Assembly: GCA_045613785.1 (NCBI GenBank)
Contig: JAZLBQ010000004.1
Location: 32,001 to 96,000 of the forward strand
Direction: 5' to 3'
Source of the DNA: Candidatus Enterousia sp.
Lineage (GTDB): Bacteria; Pseudomonadota; Alphaproteobacteria; Rs-D84
DNA length: 64,000 bases
This document shows, piece by piece, positions 37,162 through 46,929 of the stretch; positions within the stretch are counted from its first letter, which is position 1; every line of letters begins with the position of its first letter. Under the pieces are notes generated by a model. That model searched no databases. It worked only from the letters and a program-made list of their open reading frames with translations, and had not been told where the DNA came from. Made by a program: the position numbers and the translations under genes.

Positions 37162-38721
37162 ATGGTTCAGTATATGGATAAAAATTCTGGTTTTAATCAG
37201 TGGAATGCGAACAAGAATGCAAGCCAACGCAAATCTCCATTTTCAGGCTTTTTGTGGTGGACATTGATGTTTATTGCTGCTTGGTGGGCAATTGGTGCGA
37301 TTACATCGCCTCGGCAGACTGTGCAATCAGATGCCGTCATAACGACCAGCGAAGATTTATCAAGTGTTCCGACATCAACAATTTCGTCTGATAACATAAC
37401 GGCAACGGTTCAAGGCTTGCGTATATCAGATATTGCACTGACAAATTTTGCAGCCTCTCCAGATACTACCGAGCCAGTTGTTTTATTAGGCAAAGATGAT
37501 AATTTTATCGAAGTAGGCTTACTTGCCACTGGCACAACTGCTCCTGTTTCTACGACCGCTTGGTCTGGTCAAGAAGGAACATACACATGGCGTAATACAG
37601 ACGGTATTGAATTTGTTCGCAGCATCGTTGCAGACGGTTATACAATAACAATTACAGATACTATCAATAATAAATCACGTTCAGATATATCTGTTGCACC
37701 TTATGCAAGAATTGTTCGTGAGAATGATAAAGCCTCTGCTGCTGGTGTGTCAAACGGTGCGATTGCGTATGTGAATTCTGACGTAGAAGACGTAGCCTGG
37801 TCAAAGCTAGATAAAAAATCATATGCCTATTCAACAACAACTGGCTTTGCAGGATTTACAGATCAGTATTGGGAAACAGTTGCATCTGTTTCATCACCTG
37901 ATCAAACAATCCGCATTAAAAAGTCAGGCGATAAATATGCATCTGACATTGCGGCGTCTGCTGTTCCTGTTGCTGCTGGCACAACTGCAACACTCACAAC
38001 CAATCTGTTTACTGGTCCACGTGATCAGACTGTTTTGGATTATGCGGAATCAAAGATTCCAGGAATTGCCGAAACGATTGATTATGGTTGGTTCTGGTTC
38101 TTGGCACGTCCAATGTTGTGGTTATTAAATGCAATTCACAGTATTGTGATGAATTATGGTATTGCGATTATCATAATGACAATTTTACTGCGTATGCTGA
38201 TGTGGCCTTTGACCCGCAAATCATATGTTTCAATGGCTGCGATGCAGAAAATGCAACCAGAAATGCAACGTATCCAGAAATTGTATGCAAATGATAAAAT
38301 GCGTCTGCAAATGGAAATGATGAAACTGTATCAAACGCACAAGACATCACCAATGTCAGGCTGCTTGCCAATGTTGATTCAGATTCCAATATTCTTCGCA
38401 TTGTATAAGGCCTTGTTGGTATCTGTTGCGATGCGTAATGCACACTTTTTGTGGATATCTGATTTATCTGCGATGGATCCATACTTTATATTACCTATAA
38501 TGATGGGTGCAACCATGTGGATTCAGCAACGTTTACAGTCGCCAAAAACATCTGGTAATGGCAATGATGTTGCTGCCCAGACTCAACGAATGATGCGTTG
38601 GATGCCAATATTGTTTACGGTAATGTTTGCTTGGATGCCGGCAGGATTAGTTTTGTATTGGACGGTATCGAATATATTTGGGATAATCCAAATGGAAATG
38701 ATAAAACAAAAAAACAAGTAA
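37162..38721 (+). CDS. yidC: membrane protein insertase YidC
   Basis: DYGWFW, GCLPMLIQIPIFFALY, WISDLSAMDP, PAGLVLYW. Confidence 0.96.
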   Translation: MVQYMDKNSGFNQWNANKNASQRKSPFSGFLWWTLMFIAAWWAIGAITSPRQTVQSDAVITTSEDLSSVPTSTISSDNITATVQGLRISDIALTNFAASPDTTEPVVLLGKDDNFIEVGLLATGTTAPVSTTAWSGQEGTYTWRNTDGIEFVRSIVADGYTITITDTINNKSRSDISVAPYARIVRENDKASAAGVSNGAIAYVNSDVEDVAWSKLDKKSYAYSTTTGFAGFTDQYWETVASVSSPDQTIRIKKSGDKYASDIAASAVPVAAGTTATLTTNLFTGPRDQTVLDYAESKIPGIAETIDYGWFWFLARPMLWLLNAIHSIVMNYGIAIIIMTILLRMLMWPLTRKSYVSMAAMQKMQPEMQRIQKLYANDKMRLQMEMMKLYQTHKTSPMSGCLPMLIQIPIFFALYKALLVSVAMRNAHFLWISDLSAMDPYFILPIMMGATMWIQQRLQSPKTSGNGNDVAAQTQRMMRWMPILFTVMFAWMPAGLVLYWTVSNIFGIIQMEMIKQKNK

Positions 38722-38748
38722 AAAAAAATACGCCACAAGGGCGGATTT

Positions 38749-39090
38749 TTATTTTAGGTTCAGTTTTTTATACAACGCCTCTGGCGTTTGAATCCATGGG
38801 GATTTTAGTTTTATCATTGTCTTGGTCAACTGCACACAGGTAAAACATAATTCAGTATTTACTGCTGTGTTTAATTGGCCAGCAAAGACCAAGAACTGCC
38901 ACCCGTGCTTTTGCAAGATAAATAAATCACGCAATTTTAATTCTATTTTTTTAATGTTATTGTGCTTTACAAATTGATATAGAATCATTTTGTTTTTATG
39001 AACGTAAATAGGTGCGACGTGCTTAAAATTCTTGCAGAACAGTTTTGCCAAAAATTTATTAGATTTATTTGAAAATGCAATTATAAACAT
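38749..39090 (-). CDS. conserved-looking hypothetical protein (H...CFTCV...TPEALY; possibly permuted papain-like)
   Basis: FKHV, CFTCVQLTK, PWIQTPEALYKKL motifs. Confidence 0.6.
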   Translation of the reverse strand: MFIIAFSNKSNKFLAKLFCKNFKHVAPIYVHKNKMILYQFVKHNNIKKIELKLRDLFILQKHGWQFLVFAGQLNTAVNTELCFTCVQLTKTMIKLKSPWIQTPEALYKKLNLK

Positions 39091-39143
39091 TTTTTTTTGC
39101 CTGTTATTTTGTGTAAAAGCAAATCCCCAATCGGGGATTTTGA

Positions 39144-39488
39144 TTATTCAATCCAGCCACGCTGACGAGCATTTTGTTCCAGTTCACGCATTGCGTTTCG
39201 CCACTGTTCTGCTGCACGATTTTCTGCCCAAATATGTTGATGAGGAGCTCGTCTTTTGTCGCCAAATTTTTTCATTACTACTAATTGTTCTTCGGTCAAT
39301 TTTCCTGCCAGATATAATTTTGTGATCATTGATTCTACATCTAAAATTTCGCATGGTCTGCGTGTTTGAGACGAACGATTCCGCATAAAAGTATTGTTCT
39401 GAACAGCTTTTGAATACAAAAACCAAAACCATAATTGTTCTGCATTTTGAAATTTTTCAGTCTGAATCATAGGCATTGTTTTGGTCAT
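39144..39488 (-). CDS. conserved-looking alphaproteobacterial hypothetical protein
   Basis: FQNAEQLWFWF...RPCE..D...W...L...GWIE; strong AAGGAG SD; hairpin at 39120-39141. Confidence 0.75.
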   Translation of the reverse strand: MTKTMPMIQTEKFQNAEQLWFWFLYSKAVQNNTFMRNRSSQTRRPCEILDVESMITKLYLAGKLTEEQLVVMKKFGDKRRAPHQHIWAENRAAEQWRNAMRELEQNARQRGWIE

Positions 39489-39753
39489 TTTTCTTTCTCC
39501 TTTTTTTTATATTTCCCACCTAGCACTATCTATAGTATAAGAAAAGATTCCTGTAAAACACTACAACCAATGGTTGAAGTTCGAATCGAAAAACAGATTC
39601 GGTTCTGAAAATTGGATTGTGCTTTGCGAATCGAATTTTTTCTTTGTTTCATATTTTTTATAAAAAAAAGTGTGCCAACTGGCACACGGTTTTCTATTTA
39701 TCTTAATCAAAGTCTTATGTGAAATTTTTCTCCTTTGTAAATATTGTTAAATT

Positions 39754-39779
39754 AAAACCCGCCGATGGCGGGTTTGTTT
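39754..39779 (-). terminator. terminator of the virB8-10 operon
   Basis: AAACCCGCC-GAT-GGCGGGTTT immediately after the virB10 stop. Confidence 0.85.
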
Positions 39780-39780
39780 A

Positions 39781-42183
39781 TTACAGAATTGGTGGGAAGC
39801 AATCACCGCCTGTTTCAGGGCAACAGTTAAATCCTTGTTCGCCCATATCGGTGTATATTTCTCCTGGACAGCAACCATTTGCATCTGGTGCAATATCGCC
39901 TTCGCACATTATTTGTTCAACGACTTCCTCGACCGCTGGTTTCTCAGGTTTCTCAAATGGATTTTCAATTGCACCTGTTTCTTCGTCGTATTTCAGGCCC
40001 AACACCTGTTCATTATATGCTTGCTGCCCCTGATCTGCAACATATGCAATACTGTTCTGATTGCTTGTTGATTGCTGATTTTGGAATACAGCTTCCTGCT
40101 TTGCATTATTTATTGCCTTATATTGACTAGACTGGCAATAGAACAACACTGTTCTGTAATCTAGGCCTGCGTTGTATATCTCTTCTGCACTTGCTGTAAC
40201 CTTGCCTGTGCTTAAATCGCAATACTGTGCCAAATTAAATGAACGCACCTGACCAACCCATTCTTCCCCTGACTGGTCAATATTCACAGAGTTTGCAACG
40301 CTATTGTAATTAAACCTATTTTGTTGTAATGATTTACTGTAATAACTTTCCATCTTACAGCTTTTGCCACCGTCTGGACACACAACAATCAAGTCCTCTG
40401 GGGAATAGACTGTGATACGTGTTCCTGCTGCGATTGTAAACGGTGGAACAGTGTTATCCATCATATCGACCAACAGCTTTTGTGCAACCTGATTCCAGGC
40501 AGTAATGATTTCATTTTTTGCCAGTTCTGATGAACGCACAGTTCCACTTTGAACGACTGTGTTGTTGTCCAAATCGATTTGATTTACAAACGCATCGCTG
40601 ACAGGAGCAATCAAATTCACCGCTGCTGGCACAATCGCTGTCAACATTGGCATAATAAATTGTTCCATATAATCAGTGCTGCCACGTCCTGGCACGCCAA
40701 CACGTCCTTGGGCATCACCTGCAAAAGGCTGATTTCCTTGATTGTTAAAGTTAAATTCAACACCATCTGGTCGTATAAACTGATACCAGTTTATTTGCAT
40801 ACGTCCAATTGCCTTGTATGGGCCTGGCAAATCACCTGTCACATATCCCAGCATCAAAGTTCCTGTTGGGATAATAATATTACGTCCGTCGTCTGAATAA
40901 ACGTTTCTATCAACAGTTGCACGAACGGGCAGGGGGCGTCCATTTTTGAAAACTTCTGCATCGGCTCGAACTTCAGATACAATAGTTGCAGGAATTGGCT
41001 TGTATTGACGCAAAATGAAACTGCGGTCATACGGTTGTGATGCAACAACGCCATCACCCGAAGTGCCAAATATTACTTCCGTAGTTTCTTTTAGCTTTAG
41101 TCCACCAAAAGCTTCCATACCGTTTGCAGTCAGGCGACCTGCACCACGACTGTTCATTACGACTGCATTTGCTTCATCCGAGTCCAGTTGGCGTGCACGA
41201 TTTACAACCTTTATTGCAGGTGCATTAGACAGTTCTGGGATTTTGCCATCCCATGTTGCAGCAAAAACGATATGGTCTGCATCTGTTCCTATCTTTTTAC
41301 CTTTGTTATCAGTGATAATACCATTGTCTGGATTGTATGTTCCTGTTGGTTTTTCGCAGTTTTTATCTGAAAATGGGTGAAATTTATATGTTCCACCATC
41401 GGGTTTTATCCAACCGATTTGGACGCCAAAATTATTATAACCTGGGAAAGCAAAGTCCGTGCATCCATCAGGGATTTCAATTTTTTCAGTTTTTGCTGTC
41501 TTTGTCACAGGTTTTTCAATCTTTACTGACGGAGAAATTGTTTCGACGTTCTTTTTAATTTCTTCTTTGACAGGCTCTGGTTCTGGCTTTGCTTCAATCA
41601 CAGGCTCTGGTTCTGGCTCTGGTTCTGGCACGATGACAGGTTCTGGGATTGGCTCAGGTTTTTTTTCAACGACTGGTGAAACAGCCCCCAAGGTCAGAAC
41701 AATTTTCGAAGTCTTTTTCATTGCATCAGTTTCATCTGCTTTGTGCCAGTCAACGAACACAGGAACTTGTTCTGTTGCCATTGGTGCAGTTGGTGCATAT
41801 GAAACAATCACCCCACAGGCTAGATTTTCGTTTATCTGTCCCATTTCAGTGCAAGTTCCTTTGACATCAAATCCCTTGATGTCCTTGTGGCGACGAACAG
41901 AAATCACCTTAACAGGAGCTGTTGCAGAAATCTTGATTGTTTCAGTTTTTTTCTGTCCGATTGTCGTTTCTGCCCAGTTTATCATATCAGGGGAAATGAC
42001 AATATCTACTGATCCGCTATCAGTGCTAGAAATATCTGATTTGCTTGATTTTTTATTATTTCCACTCAGCAGCAAGGTCAACAATATCAGCACCACAACA
42101 AATGCAGCCGCCATCAACAACCACTGCACCCGTTTTGGTGTATTTTGTCGCATTTCTGAAAACTGTTCTTTGAAACTAGCCAT
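39781..42183 (-). CDS. virB10: VirB10/TrbI-like T4SS core protein with extra domains (800 aa)
   Basis: TM, PE-repeat linker, IPATIVSEV...RATVDRNVYS..GRNIIIPTGT.MLG, RPDG, DAQGRVGVPG, TIAAGTRITV. Confidence 0.88.
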   Translation of the reverse strand: MASFKEQFSEMRQNTPKRVQWLLMAAAFVVVLILLTLLLSGNNKKSSKSDISSTDSGSVDIVISPDMINWAETTIGQKKTETIKISATAPVKVISVRRHKDIKGFDVKGTCTEMGQINENLACGVIVSYAPTAPMATEQVPVFVDWHKADETDAMKKTSKIVLTLGAVSPVVEKKPEPIPEPVIVPEPEPEPEPVIEAKPEPEPVKEEIKKNVETISPSVKIEKPVTKTAKTEKIEIPDGCTDFAFPGYNNFGVQIGWIKPDGGTYKFHPFSDKNCEKPTGTYNPDNGIITDNKGKKIGTDADHIVFAATWDGKIPELSNAPAIKVVNRARQLDSDEANAVVMNSRGAGRLTANGMEAFGGLKLKETTEVIFGTSGDGVVASQPYDRSFILRQYKPIPATIVSEVRADAEVFKNGRPLPVRATVDRNVYSDDGRNIIIPTGTLMLGYVTGDLPGPYKAIGRMQINWYQFIRPDGVEFNFNNQGNQPFAGDAQGRVGVPGRGSTDYMEQFIMPMLTAIVPAAVNLIAPVSDAFVNQIDLDNNTVVQSGTVRSSELAKNEIITAWNQVAQKLLVDMMDNTVPPFTIAAGTRITVYSPEDLIVVCPDGGKSCKMESYYSKSLQQNRFNYNSVANSVNIDQSGEEWVGQVRSFNLAQYCDLSTGKVTASAEEIYNAGLDYRTVLFYCQSSQYKAINNAKQEAVFQNQQSTSNQNSIAYVADQGQQAYNEQVLGLKYDEETGAIENPFEKPEKPAVEEVVEQIMCEGDIAPDANGCCPGEIYTDMGEQGFNCCPETGGDCFPPIL

Positions 42184-42201
42184 CCCTCAAATCCACTAAT
42201 T

Positions 42202-43758
42202 TTATTGCATTCTTACAACGCTACAACTTGTTCCGCTAAATTTTAACAACTTGTCGCATAATGTTTGTGCTGTGTCAATATCTGCCAATGGGCCAATACG
42301 CAAGCGATACTGGCGTGCTGTTGTTGAGTCTGCACCTAATTCTCCGACACCTTGTTCATCAACTGCAAAGAAAACCATATTTTTATAAGGTGTCAACAAT
42401 CCTTGACCATTTTCACCGCTGAATTTAGCCAACAACATTGTCCAATAATCGTCCAAGGCCTTGACAGAAGTATCTGATTTTAATTCTACGGCAACACCAA
42501 CCTGATTACTTGAAATCAGTGGGATGTTGGTTTGTGGTAAATAAGCCCCTGCTGTATTTCGTTGTGTTGGCAACATGTTTACAACACTTCCTGACGAGCG
42601 AGGCATTGTCTGTGGTGCAGTAAATCCTGCTGGCATATAATATCCTGCACCAGTTGTCTGATTGACAGTTTGATTATTTTCAACGAATACAGGTGTCCCG
42701 GTATATGGTGTTCCCATACTCATTGCAGCCATACTGTCAGTATATGCGATGTTGCTTAGTGATTGTCCAGACAGCATACTCTGTGCAACATTTGCCTCTG
42801 CCAGTGCCATCACAGATGCGGTATCAGCAATCAAGAACGGTTTTTCACGTTTTTTGATGCAAACAATACGTTGTCCGCTACGCAGAACCATATCGCCCAC
42901 GGCCTCTACAATCAACAAGCGACCGTCTTCACCATCTGTGCGGAATCCAACAGGAGATTCGCCACCTTCTACCAACAGTGAAACAACAGGGCGTTGCGTC
43001 ATTGCGATAACCTTGTCGCCAAAATCAATGTATGTGAAGATACGATCACGCCAAACACGCTCTGGTGCGATTACATAGTCGTCTGGGTTTGGAACAAAGA
43101 TGTCTAAATCGAAACGAAATTCCGAAGGATCGATTTTCATTGATTTAATCCAGCCATAGTCTTCGCCATCAACACCGACTGTATTTGTTGCGTTGCTTGA
43201 AGTTGCGGCCTTTTTGAATATAGAACTTGCCCCACCAGAAACAGGAACGTTTCCTGCGGTTGGCAGTGCAACATTGCCGTCCAGGACTACATCGACTTGT
43301 GAATATGTAATTTCACTGGAATTAGATGGTTCGCTACGCAAATAGAAGATATATTTATTTCCTGATTTGCCTGTTACAATCATATTAGTATCAGACCCTT
43401 GGTTAGAACCGACTGGTGAAATAAACATTGTCTGACCGCCCTGAGTCGCATCAATGTCAAACAAGTCTTGGTTTCCAACCATTGCATCTGCAATCTGTTC
43501 ACCATTTGGCAATGTAACCATAGTTACCATTCCATTACGCAGTTTGATTGGTAAAACACTGCCTGCAGACCAAGCCAACTGTGCATATCCTGGTTTTGTG
43601 CTACCGCTGGCCATATTTGCCATTGGGTTATCCCATGCCTCTTGCACACCGTATTCTGTTATTGCAGAATATGCCGGCAACGTCAACAGACCTGCCAGGC
43701 AAAAAACAGACATATTAAATCTTAGTGCTTTTACGAAACTCATACCAATCCTTCCCAT
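42202..43758 (-). CDS. virB9: VirB9/TrbG-like T4SS core protein with C-terminal SPOR-like domain
   Basis: DTNMIVTGKSGNKYIFYL, IAPERVWRDRIFTYIDF, LRSGQRIVCI; C-terminal YRLRIGPL...AQTLCDKL...CSVV. Confidence 0.85.
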   Translation of the reverse strand: MGRIGMSFVKALRFNMSVFCLAGLLTLPAYSAITEYGVQEAWDNPMANMASGSTKPGYAQLAWSAGSVLPIKLRNGMVTMVTLPNGEQIADAMVGNQDLFDIDATQGGQTMFISPVGSNQGSDTNMIVTGKSGNKYIFYLRSEPSNSSEITYSQVDVVLDGNVALPTAGNVPVSGGASSIFKKAATSSNATNTVGVDGEDYGWIKSMKIDPSEFRFDLDIFVPNPDDYVIAPERVWRDRIFTYIDFGDKVIAMTQRPVVSLLVEGGESPVGFRTDGEDGRLLIVEAVGDMVLRSGQRIVCIKKREKPFLIADTASVMALAEANVAQSMLSGQSLSNIAYTDSMAAMSMGTPYTGTPVFVENNQTVNQTTGAGYYMPAGFTAPQTMPRSSGSVVNMLPTQRNTAGAYLPQTNIPLISSNQVGVAVELKSDTSVKALDDYWTMLLAKFSGENGQGLLTPYKNMVFFAVDEQGVGELGADSTTARQYRLRIGPLADIDTAQTLCDKLLKFSGTSCSVVRMQ

Positions 43759-43771
43759 TTTTTATGTTGTT

Positions 43772-44443
43772 TTATTCTGTCTCACGAAAACCTGTATTTA
43801 AAGGGTCTCCATTGTCAGATATAACCTTGTATTCAGATACACGCAGTCCCAATGGATTTTCGATACGGTCTGCCCATTTGATTTGCGTTTTATCATTATC
43901 TTCTAATTTCAACTTTATTGTATAATCTTTTGTGATTGTATGTCCAGCATTATCAGTGCAGAAATATCTAAATTTTACCTGATATTGATCTTCGCTTGCC
44001 AAATATATCGGTGCACCATCAAAAATAACAGGGCATTGAAACTCAAAGTCAGGCATTCCTGCCATCATTGCGATGAACATATCGGTGTTTGCAAACTCGC
44101 CATAAACAGCATCTGTTGACATAATGCGAACTGCACCGTCGTTGCTGTTCCATTTTTTATGCATTGCCTTGGCATTTGTGAAAACTTCGTTTCTGTGTTG
44201 GATATATTCACGAACAAAGGCTTTTTTGTATCGATCCAGATTTTCGCTTTTTGGTTGCATTTGAATCAATCGAACGTCTTGGTCGTCACGGACAGCGGTT
44301 GCCAAAAAGAACACTTGTGGACGATTCAATGGGAACATTTTTACCAGTGTCACAGTCATTACGCCTAACGTCACCAAAGCAGCAGCCAGCACAAAAGTCA
44401 TCAGTCTGGATAATAAAATTGGTGGTTGTATGCGGTTCTGCAC
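43772..44443 (-). CDS. virB8: VirB8-like T4SS inner membrane protein
   Basis: Single TM, FVREYIQHRN, ENPLGLRVSEY; GTG start with GAGAGGA SD. Confidence 0.88.
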   Translation of the reverse strand: MQNRIQPPILLSRLMTFVLAAALVTLGVMTVTLVKMFPLNRPQVFFLATAVRDDQDVRLIQMQPKSENLDRYKKAFVREYIQHRNEVFTNAKAMHKKWNSNDGAVRIMSTDAVYGEFANTDMFIAMMAGMPDFEFQCPVIFDGAPIYLASEDQYQVKFRYFCTDNAGHTITKDYTIKLKLEDNDKTQIKWADRIENPLGLRVSEYKVISDNGDPLNTGFRETE

Positions 44444-44685
44444 GATGTTCCTCTCTCTTTAATTAAAGTGATTGTAGAAAAAAACAAATAGTCTGTGCAA
44501 GAAAAAATTTGCAATAACAAAAAACTAAAACAGGAAAAGTTATAAAAGGTGTTAAAAATATAGTTGCAAGGTAAAGAGAAAAATATTATAATATTTCCAC
44601 TTGATTTTTTATATAAGTGTGCTATTCTGTCGCAGACTATTATGGTGGTGTGCGGCACATCGACAGGTATCAGATATGAACACAC

Positions 44686-44759
44686 AGGGGCATAGTTCAA
44701 CGGTAGAATATCGGTCTCCAAAACCGCGGATGAGGGTTCGATTCCTTCTGCCCCTGCCA
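44686..44759 (+). tRNA. tRNA-Trp(CCA)
   Basis: AGGGGCATAGTTCAACGGTAGAATATCGGTCT-CCA-AAACCGCGGATGAGGGTTCGATTCCTTCTGCCCCTGCCA; canonical position before secE. Confidence 0.96.
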
Positions 44760-44800
44760 GGAATAGTCAGGGTTAAATTACGTAATTTAGGCAGTTTTTT

Positions 44801-44980
44801 ATGAAAAAAATACTGGATTTTTTTAAGTCAGTTCGCAGTGAATGGTTCAAGATTGTATGGCCATCACGTGACAGTGTCGTGCGTGCAACAATTATGATAT
44901 TGGTATTTTCCGGGCTGGCGGCCTTGTTCTTTTTTGTTGTTGACAGTGTCTTGAATGCGATTGTTGGTTGGATTTTCTAA
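44801..44980 (+). CDS. secE: preprotein translocase subunit SecE (59 aa, not in ORF track)
   Basis: MKKILDFFKSVRSEWFKIVWPSRDSVVRATIMILVFSGLAALFFFVVDSVLNAIVGWIF*. Confidence 0.95.
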   Translation: MKKILDFFKSVRSEWFKIVWPSRDSVVRATIMILVFSGLAALFFFVVDSVLNAIVGWIF

Positions 44981-45000
44981 ATCAGGCAAAGGAAGCAAAG

Positions 45001-45534
45001 ATGGAAGAAAAGATGCAGTGGTTTGTTGTAAATGTTCATACAGGGTGCGAAGATAAGGTTGCACGTGGTTTACGTGAACAGATTGACAAGCGTCGTTTGA
45101 ATGCGTTGTTTGGCGAAATTATGGTTCCAACACGTGAAGTTATCGAAATCAAGGCCGGCAAGCGTGTCAAAGCTGAAAGAAAGTTTTTTCCAGGTTATAT
45201 CGTTGTTCAAATGGTTATGAACAATGAAACCTTTACCTTGGTTCGTCAGATTCCTCAGGTTGTTATGTTTTTGGGTGCACGCAACAAGCCGATTGCAGTT
45301 AGCGAGGCCGAAGCCCACCGTCTGATGAAACAGGTCGAAGAAGGTGCTGTTGCAATCGAAGACGTTGAATACGAAGTTGGACAGGAAGTTCATGTTATCG
45401 ATGGTCCGTTTGCGGGCTTTAATGGAATTGCGTCCGAAGTTGATAATGTAAAACAAAAGATGACAGTAACAGTTCTGGTGTTTGGTCGTGAAACCAGCAT
45501 GGAATTGGAATTTGACCAGGTAGAAAAGGTCTAA
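45001..45534 (+). CDS. nusG: transcription antitermination factor NusG
   Basis: WFVVNVHTGCE, FFPGYIVV, GPFAGFNG, VFGRET. Confidence 0.97.
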   Translation: MEEKMQWFVVNVHTGCEDKVARGLREQIDKRRLNALFGEIMVPTREVIEIKAGKRVKAERKFFPGYIVVQMVMNNETFTLVRQIPQVVMFLGARNKPIAVSEAEAHRLMKQVEEGAVAIEDVEYEVGQEVHVIDGPFAGFNGIASEVDNVKQKMTVTVLVFGRETSMELEFDQVEKV

Positions 45535-45640
45535 ATAAAGTTTTTTGTGGTTTTCTGAAAAAAATACAGTAAAATCACAGCAACATGTGGTAGATACGCC
45601 AAATCGAACCACAACACAAACGAAAAAAACGGAGTGAAAA

Positions 45641-46072
45641 ATGGCAAAGAAAGAAGTTAAGGGATTGGTTAAATTAGTCGTCCCTGCAAAACAGGCGAAT
45701 CCTGCACCACCAATCGGCCCAGTTTTGGGTGCAAACGGTGTAAACATTGCAGAATTCTGCAAACAGTTTAACGACAAAACATCTGATAAAGAACCTGGAA
45801 TGCCAATTCCATGTATTATCACTGTTTATACAGATCGCAGTTTCGAATTCATTATGAAATTGCCACCTGTGTCATACTATATTAAGAAAGCGTTGAAACT
45901 GAAAATCGGTTCACACAAACCAGGTCGTGAATTTGTTGGCACATTGACTCAGGCACAAATCAAAGAAATTGCCGAAGCAAAATTGCCAGACTTGAATTGC
46001 TCTACCATTGAATCTGCGATGAACATTGTTGCGGGTCAGTGTCGTTCTATGGGCGTAAAGGTGGAGGAATAA
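45641..46072 (+). CDS. rplK: 50S ribosomal protein L11
   Basis: [12 protein letters not shown]...FCKQFN. Confidence 0.98.
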   Translation: MAKKEVKGLVKLVVPAKQANPAPPIGPVLGANGVNIAEFCKQFNDKTSDKEPGMPIPCIITVYTDRSFEFIMKLPPVSYYIKKALKLKIGSHKPGREFVGTLTQAQIKEIAEAKLPDLNCSTIESAMNIVAGQCRSMGVKVEE

Positions 46073-46076
46073 TATC

Positions 46077-46751
46077 ATGAAACTGACAAAGAAACAGCAG
46101 ACTTGGAAAAACTTGGACACAGACAAAGTGTATTCTTTGGCTGATGCGATTGAAGTTTTGCGTGAATATGCATCTAAAAAGTTTGATGAAACACTGGAAA
46201 TCGCTATCCGTTTGGGTATCGATGTAACCAAGGCAGACCAGAACATTCGTGGTATGTTGTCTTTGCCAAATGGCACAGGCAAGACAGTCCGTGTTGCTGT
46301 ATTTACTGCAAATTCTCAGGACGAAGCGAAAAAAGCTGGTGCAGACGTTGTTGGTGCCGAAGAATTGATTGATTCTGTGGCAGCAGGCAACATCAATTTT
46401 GACCGTGTTATTGCAACACCAGATATGATGCCAAAGATGTCAAAAATCGCACGTGTTTTGGGGCCAAAGGGCTTGATGCCGAACCCAAAATTAGGCACTG
46501 TTACAAATAACGTTGCCGAAGCGGTTGCTACAGCCAAGGCAGGTCAGATTGAATACCGTGCAGAAAAGAAAGGTATTATCCACGCCGGTATTGGTAAAAT
46601 GTCATTTGAAACCGCAAAATTGGTTGAAAATGCAGTTGCTTTGATTGACCAGTTGAAAAAGGTCAAACCTGCATCGTCTAAGGGTCAGTATATCTTGGGG
46701 ATCTCGGTTGCAACAACCCAGGGCCCAGGTCTGAAAGTAGATGCAAAATAA
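46077..46751 (+). CDS. rplA: 50S ribosomal protein L1
   Basis: KFDET, LPNGTGK, LGPKGLMPNPK. Confidence 0.98.
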   Translation: MKLTKKQQTWKNLDTDKVYSLADAIEVLREYASKKFDETLEIAIRLGIDVTKADQNIRGMLSLPNGTGKTVRVAVFTANSQDEAKKAGADVVGAEELIDSVAAGNINFDRVIATPDMMPKMSKIARVLGPKGLMPNPKLGTVTNNVAEAVATAKAGQIEYRAEKKGIIHAGIGKMSFETAKLVENAVALIDQLKKVKPASSKGQYILGISVATTQGPGLKVDAK

Positions 46752-46794
46752 TTAAATGCGATGGTGGGCGACCACCGTCGCATAAACAGATTTC

Positions 46795-46837
46795 TGTCCA
46801 AGACTGATGGTGCTAACGCTTAATTTCCATCATAGAC
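46795..46837 (+). promoter_or_regulatory. L10 ribosomal-protein leader
   Basis: GTCCAAGACTGATGG...TTAAT..CCATCATAGAC pattern upstream of rplJ. Confidence 0.7.
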
Positions 46838-46929
46838 AAAGAAAAATTCTTTGGGGCAGGAACAAAAGCCCCATCCCTGGTAAAAACGGATGGATAAGTT
46901 AACAAAACAGAAGCTTGAAGGAAAAATAG

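Noticed and set aside
39546-39632. Four GANTC sites in about 90 bp (possible CcrM-regulated promoter or origin)
   Set aside because: GANTC appears common throughout the window and no DnaA boxes were seen, so significance cannot be supported
41560-41660. Short tandem repeats (GGTTCT/GGCTCT)
   Set aside because: They encode the PEPEPE linker of VirB10; not a CRISPR array or independent repeat
45070-45822. 250-aa antisense ORF over nusG-rplK, and similar long shadow ORFs (41459..42199, 52557..53291)
   Set aside because: They mirror well-identified genes on the opposite strand and show no recognisable motifs
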